From positions 923,856-987,855 of the forward strand of contig NW_019217797.1 in assembly GCF_002571385.2 (NCBI RefSeq): 64,000 nt of DNA, read 5' to 3'. The stretch's first letter is position 1. The number at the start of each line of letters is the position of its first letter. This document shows, piece by piece, positions 39,379 through 53,099 of this stretch. The stretch is from Stylophora pistillata. Taxonomy: Eukaryota. The notes under the pieces were generated by a model. That model had not been told where the DNA came from. It saw only the letters and a list, made by a program, of their open reading frames with translations, and searched no databases. Both the position numbers and the translations under genes were made by a program.

Positions 39379-42300
39379 TCAAAGCTTTTTCTCTCCGGGA
39401 TGGAATGGGTTCGGTGCGCATAATGGCAAGGAACTAAGAGTATGATTGACAACTCGATGATGAGCTTCGTCAGCTCGGATGGCCAAGATGACGTCACGCA
39501 TTTTTGAACCCTCCTAGGAATAAAAGAAAAACAAGAAGAAGAAAGAAAAAGTCCAGTTTTAAACCACTATCATATCAGGTTGAAAAAGATGTTTGTTCCT
39601 TTTTGTGACGACTGAACTCTTACCGGTAATTTCCAGTAATTAACAGCAATCTTGGGTGCCAAGAGATTTTCCCACAGAGGTAACTTGCCGCAGTCGATAC
39701 ACTAAACAAGATGGAAGTTGAATGAGTCAAGACATGTTTAGATCTGGTAAATATTCAGAAGATATACGAATAATTATCCGGCCGAGCCAACTAGAAAAGA
39801 CAGTGATCTCAATTTTCAGGGTGTTCTGATACCTCAATACAGTGTGTATATGTTTTGACAGCTTCCTCTTCCAGGTAACCAACAAATCTGTGGCAGAACT
39901 TAGGGCTTATCAGGTAGGCTAAGAAAAACAGGTTTACAAATGTTCCTGAAGAAAATAAAGCGGAGGCAAATGTTCAAAAACGCACTTCAGAAAAAACGTT
40001 TCTAATGGAGAAAGAGGCCACTCTTTTCCTTAGTCAGTGGTATACTTAAGTACTTCCTGGTCCTTAGACAGACGGGACATTGAGGCGTAAGCCACCCCAC
40101 CCCTCCAAAATGTGAATGTTTTATATTCTCCTTATTGAACCCCTGTGCATCTTCCAGTTGATAGTAACCTCAGTTATTTATGTAATGATTATTCCATCTC
40201 CGTAACGTTTGATTCTTGTTTTTTTTTATACTACGTTTGCAAGTTTGGACCCTTCAGTCTGTTATAAATCAGTTAATCCTCATCAAGCAGGTACAGAGAA
40301 GAGCCACACGTTTTATTGTCGGTAGAAACAGTGCTCTGTGTTACAGAGATCGTCTGATTAAACTAAATCTACTTCCGCTAAATTATTGGTTAGAATGTCT
40401 AGATTTAGCTTTCGTTTATAAGTCCTTGAAAGGAGATGTAATTTTTACACGACACTTTGAAGAATATTTTTCCTTTCTAAGGGGGTGCTCTCGCCGAGCT
40501 AGCTCTATCTTAGAACAAACAGAACTCGCACCTCACTTTTCCGTGATCTTTTCTTCACAGAATTACCATTTTGTGGAATAGTATTCCTGATGACATTAAG
40601 TTAGCTACTTCCCTGGATTCCTTTAAGCGCAAGCTCAAATTTTTTTCTTCTGGCGTCTGCATTATGTTTATGGTGGGAATAACATTCGCTCATACAAGAT
40701 TATTTGTCCAAAATGCAGAAGAGTGAATATAAGAAACGCATGTTCTTGTTAAGATGCTTTTATCTAATCCTTTATATGTTTTGTTTTTTAGGTTTATGGG
40801 GTTGGGTAAGGTGGTTGAACCTTGTAGGGGATACTATATCCTTTTGTTCTAACACACGTATATATTCTATATGTACAAATCTTGAAATAAATAAATAAAT
40901 AAATAGATAAGATGGTACAAAATAAAATTTAAAAAAGTATTTTTGTCTCCTTTTTATATGTTTGACAATATTTAATTAGTAGAGTGATTTCTGGACTCAT
41001 CATTTCTAAGAGCCAACGGGTTCCAAAGCAGTCTTGTACACTACCTTGAAAGCCATGAAAAATTGAATTCAACAGCTGATTGTGTGATGAAAGTAGTGAA
41101 GTTTTAAATAAATGGTATGAGATACCTTGAGCGAGGAGAACTGCTCCCCGAAATAAAATCCCAGGTTGCTTCATTTCCAGGGCTGTCATCAAATGCATTC
41201 TCTCGTTTTCAGCCTCCTCTAAAGATTAAAGACATTAATTGACTTTTAGGCGATTGAGATTAAAGCCACTACGGTTCAGTTTATAATCAGCACAGTCTTT
41301 ATTTTACCCTTACCCAGAAGTGTGTGTATCCATCCATTATCCCTCTGGAGCCTCCTAAGCGCGTGAAAGTGTCTTGTCATACCAGCAATCATTCCGGGAA
41401 CTCCCGCTATTGTCTCCAACATAATGATCCGACTGTTGGATTGAGCATTTATGTTGAGTAAACAGTGGTGGAAAAAACTCCAGCCGCAATAGAAGATAGT
41501 AAAAAAAATAGTCGCAACCACGCTAATTTCCTTCCTCTACAGTGGGGTTTTCCAATTAAAGAGAAATTTTAAAAATTACACCACCTTCGCGGCCAGCTTT
41601 GGAATCAAGGCGTGGCCCTGGTCATTTTACCTGTCGTACAGGCTCACTTAAAAGAGCTTTAAAGTTGGAAAATCTGCTCAAACTTACTTGAGCCAGCGGT
41701 TTTCGTCGAGCTCCATGAAACGATACAATGAAATGATGTCAAATGCCGCTCTCAAGGACTGAACACTTTTGTATGCAAGCTTTAGGTTCAGAGAAAGAAT
41801 GAAATGGAATTAGCACTTAACTGATACAAAATTGCACGCGAATGATTCATTATATTTCTTCACAACAGTATCATTAAACCTATAGCTTGGTAAAAATTAC
41901 ATAAACATAGCCTGAAATGTGTGGGCGTTCGGCGTAGACATGATAGAAAAGCGCTGATGCCCATGCCAGGTAAAGTGGATCAACATTTTGTTGCATAGCC
42001 CTTTTAAGTAGTCTTGAAACTGACAACAGCGTCAACAGTGTATGACTGTTCTGAGATAAAGTAGCAGCAAATTGATCGCTAGGAACAAGTACAACACCTT
42101 ATCGACAAACGTTTGCGGTTTTTCATGTGTAATTTCCACGCTTTGGACATCCTCTTCCGTCCTAAATGACAAAAAAAAAATTAAAGCTAATTGAAAACAC
42201 TTGAGTTTGTGGGTAAAACTCTTTAATTTTCCACTTAGATTTGTGACCTCTCAATACATTTATAAATGATATTGTGTAATTACGTCAGTTGACGTTCTTA

Positions 42301-42962
42301 CCAGACTGGGTGTGGCATTCTGTAGTTTTCATCCCCAGCTGTACTTCCGTTTTTACCAAAATGACCTATGGGTTTTTCCTTGGATTGAGTGGTTACCGCT
42401 GGCGTTGATTGTTGAACTTCTGATGCACTTCGTTTAAGAATGGTATTTGTGGAAAACTGGGAAACCTGCAAGTAACAAAAGTTCACACTAACAGTAATAA
42501 TGATGATGAAACTTTATACTTTACTTGTATGATAATAGTAATGATAATGAATACAATTGTAATCACAGAAATCATAATGTAACGGCTGCTTACTGCAGAA
42601 CGAAGAAACGAAATGATTTCCTCGGTGTACCGCGCGATATCATTTAGTGATATCATGTGTAGCTTAACTTTCGCAAATTATGTGCTCCTTTTGTGACATT
42701 TTCTTTAGGTGAAGTGCTCGGCTCCTTTCGTAATGTCCGTCAACCCAGTGTCCCTTATATCTTTGCCTATGATAATATGGATAACTATGATCAAATTAGC
42801 TATTTCATTTGTTAGTTAACAACTTACCCCTGTTCGCCGTGGTCGTGCACTTCCCCATAATTTTCCAAAGAAATCGACCGCAGAGATCGGTTTGACGAAA
42901 GTAGAACAATTTGCAATTCCCCTCACTGAAAAAGGAACCCGTTGAAGTCCAATTGTGGCCAT
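39379..42962 (-). CDS. AOX: Alternative oxidase, mitochondrial, copy A (330 aa)
   Basis: Nine exons: 42828-42962, 42302-42465, 42098-42161, 41688-41779, 41314-41432, 41126-41218, 39833-39945, 39624-39701, 39379-39513. Diiron motifs [32 protein letters not shown]; animal-type C-terminus NPFHPGE. Confidence 0.95.
40200..40905 (+). mobile_element. CR1/L2 LINE 3' fragment in an AOX-A intron
   Basis: [12 protein letters not shown]...[13 protein letters not shown]...LWNSIP; (aaat)n tail. Confidence 0.85.
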
Positions 42963-44003
42963 TTAATGAACGTTACGACGATCAAAGAAGTAGTGTCTGG
43001 TGCAATTTCCCTCTTTTCTATCGACCGTCAGTTTTTATCATTTTTTGTTTATGGAATAACGCAATTTCTCGTCACGATTGCAGTATTCCTCTGACGTAAT
43101 TAAGAGCTTCCGGTAGAATTTTCTGAGAGACTACTTGAATATTAGAAAAATTAGAACCCGTTTTCCCCGGCCAGTATTGATGAGTCATACTCGGGCTAAA
43201 GATTCCAAATATTAATATTTGACACTTTTATTTTTTTCGTTTTTTGTTTTGTTTTGTTTTGTTTTGTTTTGTCTTTTAATAATCAAGCAGTTAATGAGGT
43301 GTCTCGCTTATTAGAATATACCAGTTTTGACCACCGTATTTTCTTCTCTTTCTTCTTCATCCACTGAAATGAGAAAAAAACAAAACAAATCAAAGCACGG
43401 ATTTTCGAACGCGTGTTTAGCTGTATAGAATAACACAAGCTAACAGGGAACACCAAAGAGCGACTTTATTGACACAATGACAAGCAATGAAACACGCTGA
43501 AGGAATAATATAACGAATAAGCATGCAGAAGTTGGAGCACAGTATTTGCACATTGTTAGCAAATTTCAAATTCTTCCCTCGGGTGAAATACTCCATTTAG
43601 GTGATAGATTCGTTTAAAATGCTTAATAGTGAAAAAGAAAGAAAGTCGCTAGATTTTTACTTTCCTGCCATCTTACCGTATTTTCTTTTGATTTTCTTGT
43701 TTGGTAACGCGAAAGTACATAAGTCACAAGAAATATCGAAACAGCTACATTAGGCACAATTTTTGTCCAGCGAATTCCCGTTTTCCGATCGTTTTCATTT
43801 TTTCTCATAGAAGCATTCAGCTAAGAAAAATTTATCTTTCGTCATACAAAGAACATGTAGGAAACGAACGTCGATTAAGTCCCAGTTGACAACTAATGAT
43901 GCAATAAGTGCCACTCGTCCAAGGTCATTCAAAGAATAGGTCATCGGTCGCGGAGGCATGGATCCAACAACGATTTGGACGCCATTACACTGAACTGTAG
44001 GTG
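42963..44003. promoter_or_regulatory. Probable bidirectional promoter region AOX-A / METAP1D
   Basis: ~1 kb between divergent ATGs. Contains TGACGTAAT (43092), CTTCCGG (43107), TGAGTCA (43181) and TGATGCAAT (43897-43905). Confidence 0.5.
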
Positions 44004-47000
44004 ATGTGGGCCAAACTCGGGCGCTTGAGGCCAAGATGTCTAAGATGTAAGCAAATATATGTCTTTTAGTTGTTTGAAATACGTGTGATTTTTAGATAGA
44101 ATATTCAGCAAGCTGTGGCATTATTTGCTCACTCAAAGTATCTTCAGAGTTGGTATACTATCATCCAAAAAACTCATAGGTGACTAGGGACACTTATTTA
44201 AGCTTATTTTTTTTTTTTTTCAAGTGGAATTTGTAATGATTAAGCACAAATAAAAAAGAGAGCATAAGTTCTACGGACTATGAAAAATTATTGAGTAATT
44301 GTCAATTTCAACGCACTCAGTGAAGATGTCTGTTGGCCAAATGAACTGCCTTGGGGACCTTGATCTGAAGTCTGCAGGCCTTGTGGGCTGCAGCTTACTG
44401 AGTTGGGCTTTACTCCAAATCAGTAAGGGAGAAAAGTTGTATGGCTTGGCAAACAGCAAGGCTTAATGACCTGTTAATGTGAAACAGTGTATTATTTATA
44501 TATGGAATATAATATAGCATTATTGTTTAATACTGACATTTCACAACTTACACTCAAAGTCTTTCTTGAAGGCAGTCGGCTCTGTCCTCGTGCTTCAAAG
44601 GGGAATTACAGAACTATTACTCAGATGTATTCTGCATGTATTGAAACCAATGAAACTTTTCTCCCCTTTAGTTCATGACAAATGGTTTCTGAAAGATTGG
44701 ACAGCTGATACTAGCTGGCTTTCTTAACAGTTGAAAGTAAAAATCATGTATTTTGGACAGCTTATGTGTTTTGTCTCAGCCATTTGACCAACAAACCCTT
44801 TGAGACTCTCTTACTACATTGGCCACATACAAAGTTATATGTCGATTAACTCAAATGCAAACATTCAGTTTGTTTCACCGCCACTGATTCTTCTTACGAA
44901 AACCAACAAAATGAATTGATCAAAAGTGCTTGAATTAGACTCTTGATTCACCTCATTCTCACTTCAATCATAAGGTTTGATCTTTGATTTTTTATTGAAG
45001 AACCAACTTTTTCAGTCCCTGGTAAAAGCTCGCCACCAAGTTCTAGGGATGAAAGTTAGTATCACTAGGGCCTCATTGCTTCTTATGGGGCCATTTCTCT
45101 TAGTGATTCTTAAATCTTATTAATTATTTAATAGTGACTTAATATTTTCTTTTTAGGCTTAGAAGAACAGCTTTACAAAAGGAATGTTAATTTTAACCAC
45201 AGGTTAGATATCAAATGATTCGTATAATTGTTGATTGCATTATGGGGGTTTTTAATAATTCCTTGACATTTTAGAATGCTATTCTCTCAATTGCTGTGAG
45301 CATGTAATATTTTAGGATTGTTTCTTCCAGGAAATTCATAGTTTAAGTTGTTGTGCTTATTGCGAACATCTGGAGCCCTAACTCTCACTGGCCTCTCAGA
45401 GTTCCTCTCTGTATTTAGGCACTTTTGAATGAGTACTAATCAATTGGTAGTTAAAATGCAGCACTAAAATGCAACAAATTACACTTGCAAGGAACTATTA
45501 TGACACTCTTACCTTAGTTTATGTCCCAAGTTGTAGAAAATGAGATAAGTTACTGTTAGTTCACTGGCGTTGTAACTAAACTGTGGCCCGAACTTTACCT
45601 TTGAGGCATAAGGAAGGTAAAAAGTTACCTGTACTACTCCTGAAATTTTCATGAAAATAAATTCATAGTTGAAATAACAATTTAAAATTTTATTTGATTA
45701 AAAGTTATTGAAGATTCCTCTAAAATATAAACATGTGTTTTGCCCAACTATTAAACAATTGTAAGGCTTGGGAACCAAGTAAGAAAAGCTAGCCATTTGA
45801 AATCAAATACATTTAGTTTACACCCAGAAATTTTTTAGCTTAGCACACTTTTGTTACTCTGTATCAATGATAGAAACTCTTCAACAAATAAATCATATGA
45901 AGTTGTAACAGAACTGTACAAAGTTTCTCCTGCTGGCCATGTACCTTCACACATAGAACATCCACCTTATGCCCACACTGGTAAAGTCCCAGATCCACCC
46001 CTCTCCACTGAGATTAAAACAGAGAAACAGATTGCTCTCATGAGAACAGCGTGCAGAACAGCCAGGAAAGTTCTCAATACAGCTAGAGATAATATCATGG
46101 TGAGAATTGTTTTTGCTCCTTTTATCTGATACTTATATTTCAGTTCCTTCCTTCATCTTTTCATCCAAGTGGTGTATCTAGTTCAAACCAATTGGTGAAT
46201 TATTCTTAATTGGCATCTCTTTTCTCAGCTAGAAGGGACTCTATCATTCAATGGAACTTTGACACAATTTGCATGCAACAAACTTGGTGTTTATTGGTAA
46301 TGATTATCTCAATGCAATGTGACCATGTTTGATAATGACGTCAGTTTGAACACTGAACTGTAGGATTTTAATAGAATTGACCTGCATACATTCATTCTAG
46401 AGAAGGAGTCTGTGTCAGTGAAGACTTATAGATTAGAGTGCCATGCAACAATGCACATCACAATCTTTTGCAATTGATTTAGTTTCATGAGTTAAGTCAG
46501 TTTTATCTCATTTTTTACTTGTTTTTTTTTTTTTTTTAAGGTAGGTGTCACAACAGAAGATATTGACCAGATAGTACACCAAGCTGCTGTTTCGTTTGGA
46601 GCGTACCCTTCCCCTCTCAACTACAAAAAGTTTCCCAAGTCTGTGTGTACTTCTGTTAATAATGTGGCTGTACATGGTATACCAGACAGGTAATCTGGTT
46701 GTTCTCAAGGATTACTTCATTTCATGTTGTACAACTTAGTAGTAGTTTAAATATGACATGATTTATAAAATGGCAGAGTACCTAGTAAGTTCTTAAAGTA
46801 CCTTTGAAATTGCCAAATTTTGTTCAATATTGTCAAGTGAAGATCTGATCTGCTGATCATTTTTGGCAGGTATTCTTGTAGGACTGACTAGGATTAGGAT
46901 TAATGTAATTTAAGTACTAAATGATTATACAACTTGTTGTGAAATTATATTCATCGAAGCCAAGAAAGTATTACTTAACGCCATATAAACCATGTAAGTG

Positions 47001-48382
47001 AAAAAAACACTCCAACTAACTTTTACTTTCAACACACTACTGCGAAAACTTCAAAACTAGTTTCGTCTACGACCTCGTCAGTTGATGACAAACAACTGAT
47101 GAGGTTGTAGACGAAACTAGTTTTGAAGTTTTCGCAGTAGTGTGTCGAAAGTAGAAGTTAGTTGGAGTGTTTTTTTCACTTACATTGTTTATATGGGATT
47201 TATACAACTGATGTGTTCGAACAAAATTTGGCAAAAACACCACCATTATGGCTGTTGGTATATTTTGTTTGTCTTATTGCAGTCGACCTTTGCAAGATGG
47301 TGACATTATCAGTGTGGATGTTTCTGTAAGTGTAGCACAAAATATATCTCTTGAGTAAAAACATTGTGCACTCCTTTTTGTCACTTGAATAATGAATTTG
47401 TATGGTTGTTGGTCATTCTTCACATCTTTGAGCAGAAATAGGTTTGGATCAGTGGTCAGACAACTTACAATGATGAAGCATGATGTTTGTGAGTGATTAA
47501 ATATTATGTGTTCAACTTGGGAACATTGTTTCAGAGGAATTGTATTCCTTTGCAAAGTTAATTATAGTAAATTAAATTATTACCTTTTGACGCATCAATC
47601 GTGGCAATACCTCAAATTCCCTTACACATATGCCAAAGACCGGGTAATCACCCTTAACAGTTAGTGCACAGAGGCCATAATCATGTCCTGTAGGAAAGTG
47701 TCGGTAACAAACTTGAGTTCTTTTTTTCTTTTCTTTTATGATATGAAATGTTCTTGTGTTTTTTTTTGTTTTCTTTTTTTAGGTCTTCATAGGTGGTATG
47801 CATGGTGACTTGTGTGCAACATATATGATTGGTTCTGTTGACAAACAGGGTCAGAGATTACTAGAAAGCTGTCAGCGTAGTCTTGATGCTGCAATTAGTA
47901 TCTGTAAACCTGGAGTAAGGTTTTCTTTGATTGGAAACACAATCGAGTTAGTAGAACCACTTATTGGAGAATGTTGGCATAAATGTTGCTCTCTTATGTT
48001 GGTAATGGTTATGTTTGTTAGGGCTCTTTCATCATGAAAGTTTTTTTTTTTTTGGTTTCCAGGTCTGTTGCTAAGAAGGATGGATTCACAGTTTGTCCCA
48101 ATTTAGCAGGTCATGGTATTGGATCATATTTTCATGGATCTCCAGAAATTTTGCATACAGGTTTGGGATACTTGCAAGGCTTGCATAGCTCCAAAGTTAT
48201 GATTTTGTTCATTTTTATTAAAACCTTCTTACCCAAAAGAAGATCTCTATAGATTTTTGTGCGGGATCTGTAAAAAGATTGTCAATTCATCTTTTTCTAC
48301 CATCTCTTGATAGAACAGGCAGTCCTAAAGTTTAATTTTTGTTGGCATTAAGCCTCCAGGCAGTATGCAATAGGCGAATTCA

Positions 48383-48414
<32 letters not shown>

Positions 48415-50158
48415 TGCATAGGGCTTTGCGTAAAGAAGGAAGCATGTTAGATACAAACTGACTTCAGGCAGCTAAAGAGCTAGAAAACCTTAGTACATGG
48501 TGAAATTTTTAGCTCTTTGGGTGTAATATTCAAGGAGAAATAGTCCATCAAAAACTGCAAAATTTCTGGGTGGCGCTAATTAGCTCATACATTCTATGTA
48601 AAATTTTGAGTTTTTAAACCTGTGTTGCACAAAAAGTATTGAATGCATCAGGCTCGTATTCATTGGCCGAGTTAATCGTACTTTGACCTTTCGATATTCA
48701 GAACTGATTTAGTTTTAGCTCCATCAGAAACTGAATTGCTTATGCTAATGAGGCAAATATTGTGAACAAGGATTCCCCTATATTACCAATGAAAAACTGA
48801 ATGCCCTTGAATATCATTCTTTTTTGCTTTTCTTTCTTTAATTTTTTTGTTTTAGGAATCCAATAAGCTAGATAGGCAGTGCAAGGTGTCTTTTTATTCT
48901 GGTTTCATTTGATTTTATCCAACTCACAGGATCCTATGTAAACCACAGAATCTCTGTTAAAAGTTAAAAATTCCTACAAAATGTTAGCCTTTTATTTCTT
49001 GTCTTCTTCTCTTTCTCTTTTTTTTTCATAATAGGAAATTATAAACCTGGTAAAATGGCAGCAGGCATGACATTTACTATTGGTAAATATCTTTACTACT
49101 GAACAGCAATTTATGAATATGTGTGATATTACCTGGCAAGAACCTCCTTCGGGTAGACTTTGTGAAGCACTGACTGTTGGCATTGTAAGCAAATTACCTG
49201 TCCTTTTCCAAAGGACTAATATTCAAGTATTGGTTTCTCAGCTTAAGTATTTTTGGTGCTCTCAGACTTGCTCATGGTGCAGATTAATACTTTGGTAGCC
49301 TCAGCTGACCACTTACAAGGATGACTATGCATGAAGAAAAAGTTTAGGTGGGAGTTTTTGCCAGTGGGACTTTGTAAAGGCAGCAATGGGAGGAGTGTTT
49401 TCATTAGCATGCTGTCTACTGATAAAAGTTTTATACATGAAAATGTATCTTTCATTTTATAAAATGTAGTGATTTTGTTAAATATTCAGAACCAGTACTT
49501 TGTGAAGGATCTTCAGAAATAGCTATTCTAGGCGATGGTTGGACTGTTGTTACAAAGGATGGCAAAAGGTTGAGTACTAACTAAAATTAAGTTGCTATTG
49601 ATACACAACACCAGTTTTTATTCACCCAGGCTTAGTAATTAGTGATGTATGAACATGATTTGGTAAAATTTGTTCTCATGTGACACACTGCAGGAGATTT
49701 ACTAGTTGTTGAAAATTCTGCTAATTCAAGCTTGAAGGCTAAGCTGTCTTAGGGGCTTAAGGAACCATTCTATGGCCAGTGTTGGTCACGGTCATGGTTT
49801 GCCAAATACAAGAAATGAAGATGTCAAGAATGTATCATGGCAAAGGCATAATAAGCTAGGTTAATGGAACTGATTGGAAAAGATGAGAGACTACAAAACA
49901 ACGATTTTTTACCAAAAAAAAATGTCCTGCATATACTGTTAGGGGAAAACTACTCTAATGTCCTTTTCCTCTATGGATGTTGAAATGAGCATTATGTTTT
50001 CTCATTTCAGCATAGACAAACGGTATTTTTATCTTTAGACTTCTTATTTTTAATGTATGCATTTTTTTTTCTTTTTTCTCAGGACTGCACAGTTTGAACA
50101 CACTGTTTTGATAATGCAATCTGGTGTTGAAGTGCTAACTGCTGATACCAAAGATTGA
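44004..50158 (+). CDS. METAP1D: Methionine aminopeptidase 1D, mitochondrial
   Basis: Exons 44004-44046 (Arg-rich presequence [14 protein letters not shown]), 45157-45202, 45874-46099, 46541-46689 ([30 protein letters not shown]), 47283-47325 ([10 protein letters not shown]), 47783-47946 (GMHGD), 48063-48160 (GHGIGSYFH), 49035-49082 (FTIE), 49490-49568 ([10 protein letters not shown]), 50083-50158 (AQFEHT). Confidence 0.93.
46935..47199. mobile_element. Inverted-repeat retroelement remnant with a hammerhead ribozyme on each strand
   Basis: Near-perfect palindrome 46981-47196. Plus strand caa-CTGATGA-g-GTT gta GAC-GAAA-CTAG-TT-ttg at 47093-47125; minus-strand copy has CTGACGA. TSD ttatacaact at 46925-46934 and 47200-47209. 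Confidence 0.75.
48370..48782. mobile_element. Putative MITE
   Basis: Imperfect TIRs ataggcgaat...tgtttacatttttgctcatttgcata / tatgctaatgaggcaaatattgtgaaca...gattcccctat. Confidence 0.5.
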
Positions 50159-50539
50159 CCATGAAAAAAAAATTATTTTATGTTTTATGGAGAACATAAC
50201 AGATAAACAATAAATGAAACAAATTTTGCATCCTCTGTGGTATTTTCATAAGATTTTTATCTTTTAGCAACATTATCTTGTGAATTTAAACTTACTAGGC
50301 TATATTATTCTGAGTTGTTTTAAAAGATAAAATGCACATTTTCTTTACTTACTATTTTTATATTTTATTTTGTGAAACTGAATCCTACTTTATGTTAAGA
50401 TTAAGGTTTTATGATTTGGATACTTTACTCTCGGTTTAAAACTATTCCAAGGATTTTGATTTTACCATCCTTTGCTTCAGATTTATGGTAATGAATACAA
50501 AAGATTAGACCACCTTTTGCATCAGACTTGAAACCACAC

Positions 50540-51274
50540 CCAGGGGGGGTACTTTAGAATTTTCTGGGTGGGGATGTGCTGCAGGAACCCTGGAACCCTT
50601 AACCTGTACTAGAGCTAGTTCAGCTGAATTATGCTACCCTATACTAGAGTAAATTCCCCAAACCCCCCCCCCCCATCCTAGAGTAGCTGTTTTCCAGCTA
50701 AAACAAAGAAGCACTTACCTTCTTTCTCTAAGTTACAAAAAAGCTAGTCCACCTTCCTTCCTTGTATAGTCTCGAAGATTAGTCCTAAATGAATCCTAAT
50801 TTTGGATGGGTTTTGGACACGGGTTTTTGATTTTCAACCCCGTATTCAACCTAGTTGCGTTGCAAGTTACATGCTGAGCTCCGTGGCTGAGCTATGCCAA
50901 GCATGCACGTACGCCATTATAAGGAACAATAAATTGTTCAATTTTAACCAGTAATAAAACCACCGACTTCCATCTCAATCCCAATTTTTGACAGTTAATA
51001 ATATCCAGTACTGTTTTATGATAGCCGTCTATTGACACTTTCTTTGCTTTTACTCCCGGGGCTGAGTTGCGTAAATTTCAACTTGTTGATTTGATGTTTT
51101 TATATGTTGGAGTGGTAATTCTCGGTTTCCCCAGTCTAGACAAGATCTTCAACCAACTGATCAGTTTCTTGAAAAATGATACCCTATTCTAGACCCAAAT
51201 GCTCTGAATTATATACCCTATCCTAGAGTAAACTGCTTGAAAACCATACCCTTCACAGCGGCACATACCTATAC

Positions 51275-51306
<32 letters not shown>
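50540..51306. mobile_element. MITE with G/C-run termini and an 8-bp TSD
   Basis: ccagggggggtact ... agtacccccccccccg, flanked by aaccacac at 50532-50539 and 51307-51314. Confidence 0.75.
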
Positions 51307-51982
51307 AACCACACAATGTGTACAGTGTTCTTCAGAAGCACAAATGGGCAGTGTTTTCACCAGTTACTTGTTTCTGAAGTACTAACAACATAATTAGTCC
51401 AAGCAGTTAAATTCCTGTATGGATCTAAAACACATCTGGCTTACGTTTCATTATAGCTGGCTTAAAAATGTCAGGAGAATACTGTAAGTACTTACACTAA
51501 CTTCAGTGAACAAAAAAGTTTGTTAAATACACACCACTGAGTTCAAACAACGTTAATCGCTCGCTGATCCCAAAGAGAATGCTGAAAAATATGCCAACTG
51601 TTTGCTCGTACCCGCCGGGCGTGGCGTAGAATTTCGGCTGCGGGATTTAATGGTGATAAACAAGTCTATCACCCGCGTAAGAAATTACATCGTGTTGCTA
51701 GCACGCACTGCATGCCTATTCGGTTGCCTTAAGTCCATAATGCTGTGCGAACCCGAAGTCGTACCAGTACTTCACATATCTGTTGTTTCGGTGTTGCACC
51801 ATTCCTAGAACGCCTGAGAATATATAGTCGTCTTCCTAAACGATTTGTTTTACGGTTTGTCTTTTGTAAAGGTCAGATTTTCTGGTTTTATCGATAATTT
51901 ACGAGAAATGCACCCGCAGAGTTCTGCTGGGCGTCCAAAAGGGAAGTGTAAAGGAGTAATTGTTTCGACAAAGAAAGACAAC

Positions 51983-52087
51983 ATGGCGGCTGAAGTTCCC
52001 ATCGCCAACCGCCACGTGGAAAGGCCGATTACTGGCGGCTACGCTTTCTGTGCGTCGCCTCTGTACGAATCCAAGCCTCGTCTTTGA
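51983..52087 (+). CDS. ORF1/uORF of the bZIP gene (34 aa, ends CTT-TGA-C)
   Basis: aacATGG strong context; MAAEVPIANRHVERPITGGYAFCASPLYESKPRL*. An in-frame ATG also occurs at 51908. Donor GTAAG at 52093. Confidence 0.6.
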   Translation: MAAEVPIANRHVERPITGGYAFCASPLYESKPRL

Positions 52088-53099
52088 CACTGGTAAGATT
52101 TAATTTTGCGTAAAAGGCTACTTCTTTATTTTCTCTAGACTTTGCGTGTTTTCTGAAGAATAAAATTACAGGAATATTAGATCCAATCTCTTGATAACAC
52201 GACTGAAACTGTTTACAGTAAATGCGTTGAAGTTTAAAGTTTCACCGATTTAATTTTTGAATAAGTACTTTAAAAGGACTTTCGGTGCTGATGGTGACAC
52301 ACATTTTGACGATCGGTCTGAACGAAAGTCCTCTTCCTCGACCTCCTTGGGGTTTTCTATCCAACTCGGAAAACAACCAACTCGTCATCTAGAAATACGA
52401 GCAATGGAACAACGCACAACGAACCTTCTTTAAATATTTATTTTCAGTCCTTTAACTCAACAAATAGATCGAGTCGTTTCTTTCAGTGACAGTTATTTAA
52501 TTATCCTAATTTATTACTTGTACTTTAATCGCCGAGAACTTTGCTCTCCTCTTTAAATCTTTGCCTTTAAAACCTACCTTGTAACCTCGAGGTAAATGGT
52601 CAGAGGGTATTTTCATAGATTACGCCAGCTCTGTAGATCTCTCTACCAGAAGAGATAAGGAACTGCAAGTCATTGAATTCTTTTAAATCTAACATTAAGA
52701 GATTTCTTTTTAAACGTTTCCATAATTGATGTGGGATTATACTGTTTCTGTTTACCTGTTAACATTGTTAATGCTACGGAAACATTTGTAGCTTAAGACC
52801 ATCTGTAGAAATTTTGCATTAATATTTTGTTACCCCTTATTTTATTACATAATTTCAATGACTGTAAAGCACTGATAGATACTCTGTGAAAAGATTGAGT
52901 TATAATCATTTGTTATCATTGTTATTTTACTATTGTGTATTGGTTTTTTTTTCTGTTTTTGTATTGCCATGAAAGGTCATCTTCACCCAAAAATGTTTTA
53001 AAAAGAAATTGAGGACAGGTGGTTACCTTGTCCAAGTTATCCATATGAAGTTATATTATTAACAGTACAAAGTTGTAACTTATCTTTACCTTTCTGTAG

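Noticed and set aside
51983-52092. XBP1/IRE1-type unconventional splicing as the frame-fixing mechanism
   Set aside because: No pair of CNGCNGN stem-loops is evident, and the bZIP lies downstream of the shift rather than upstream.
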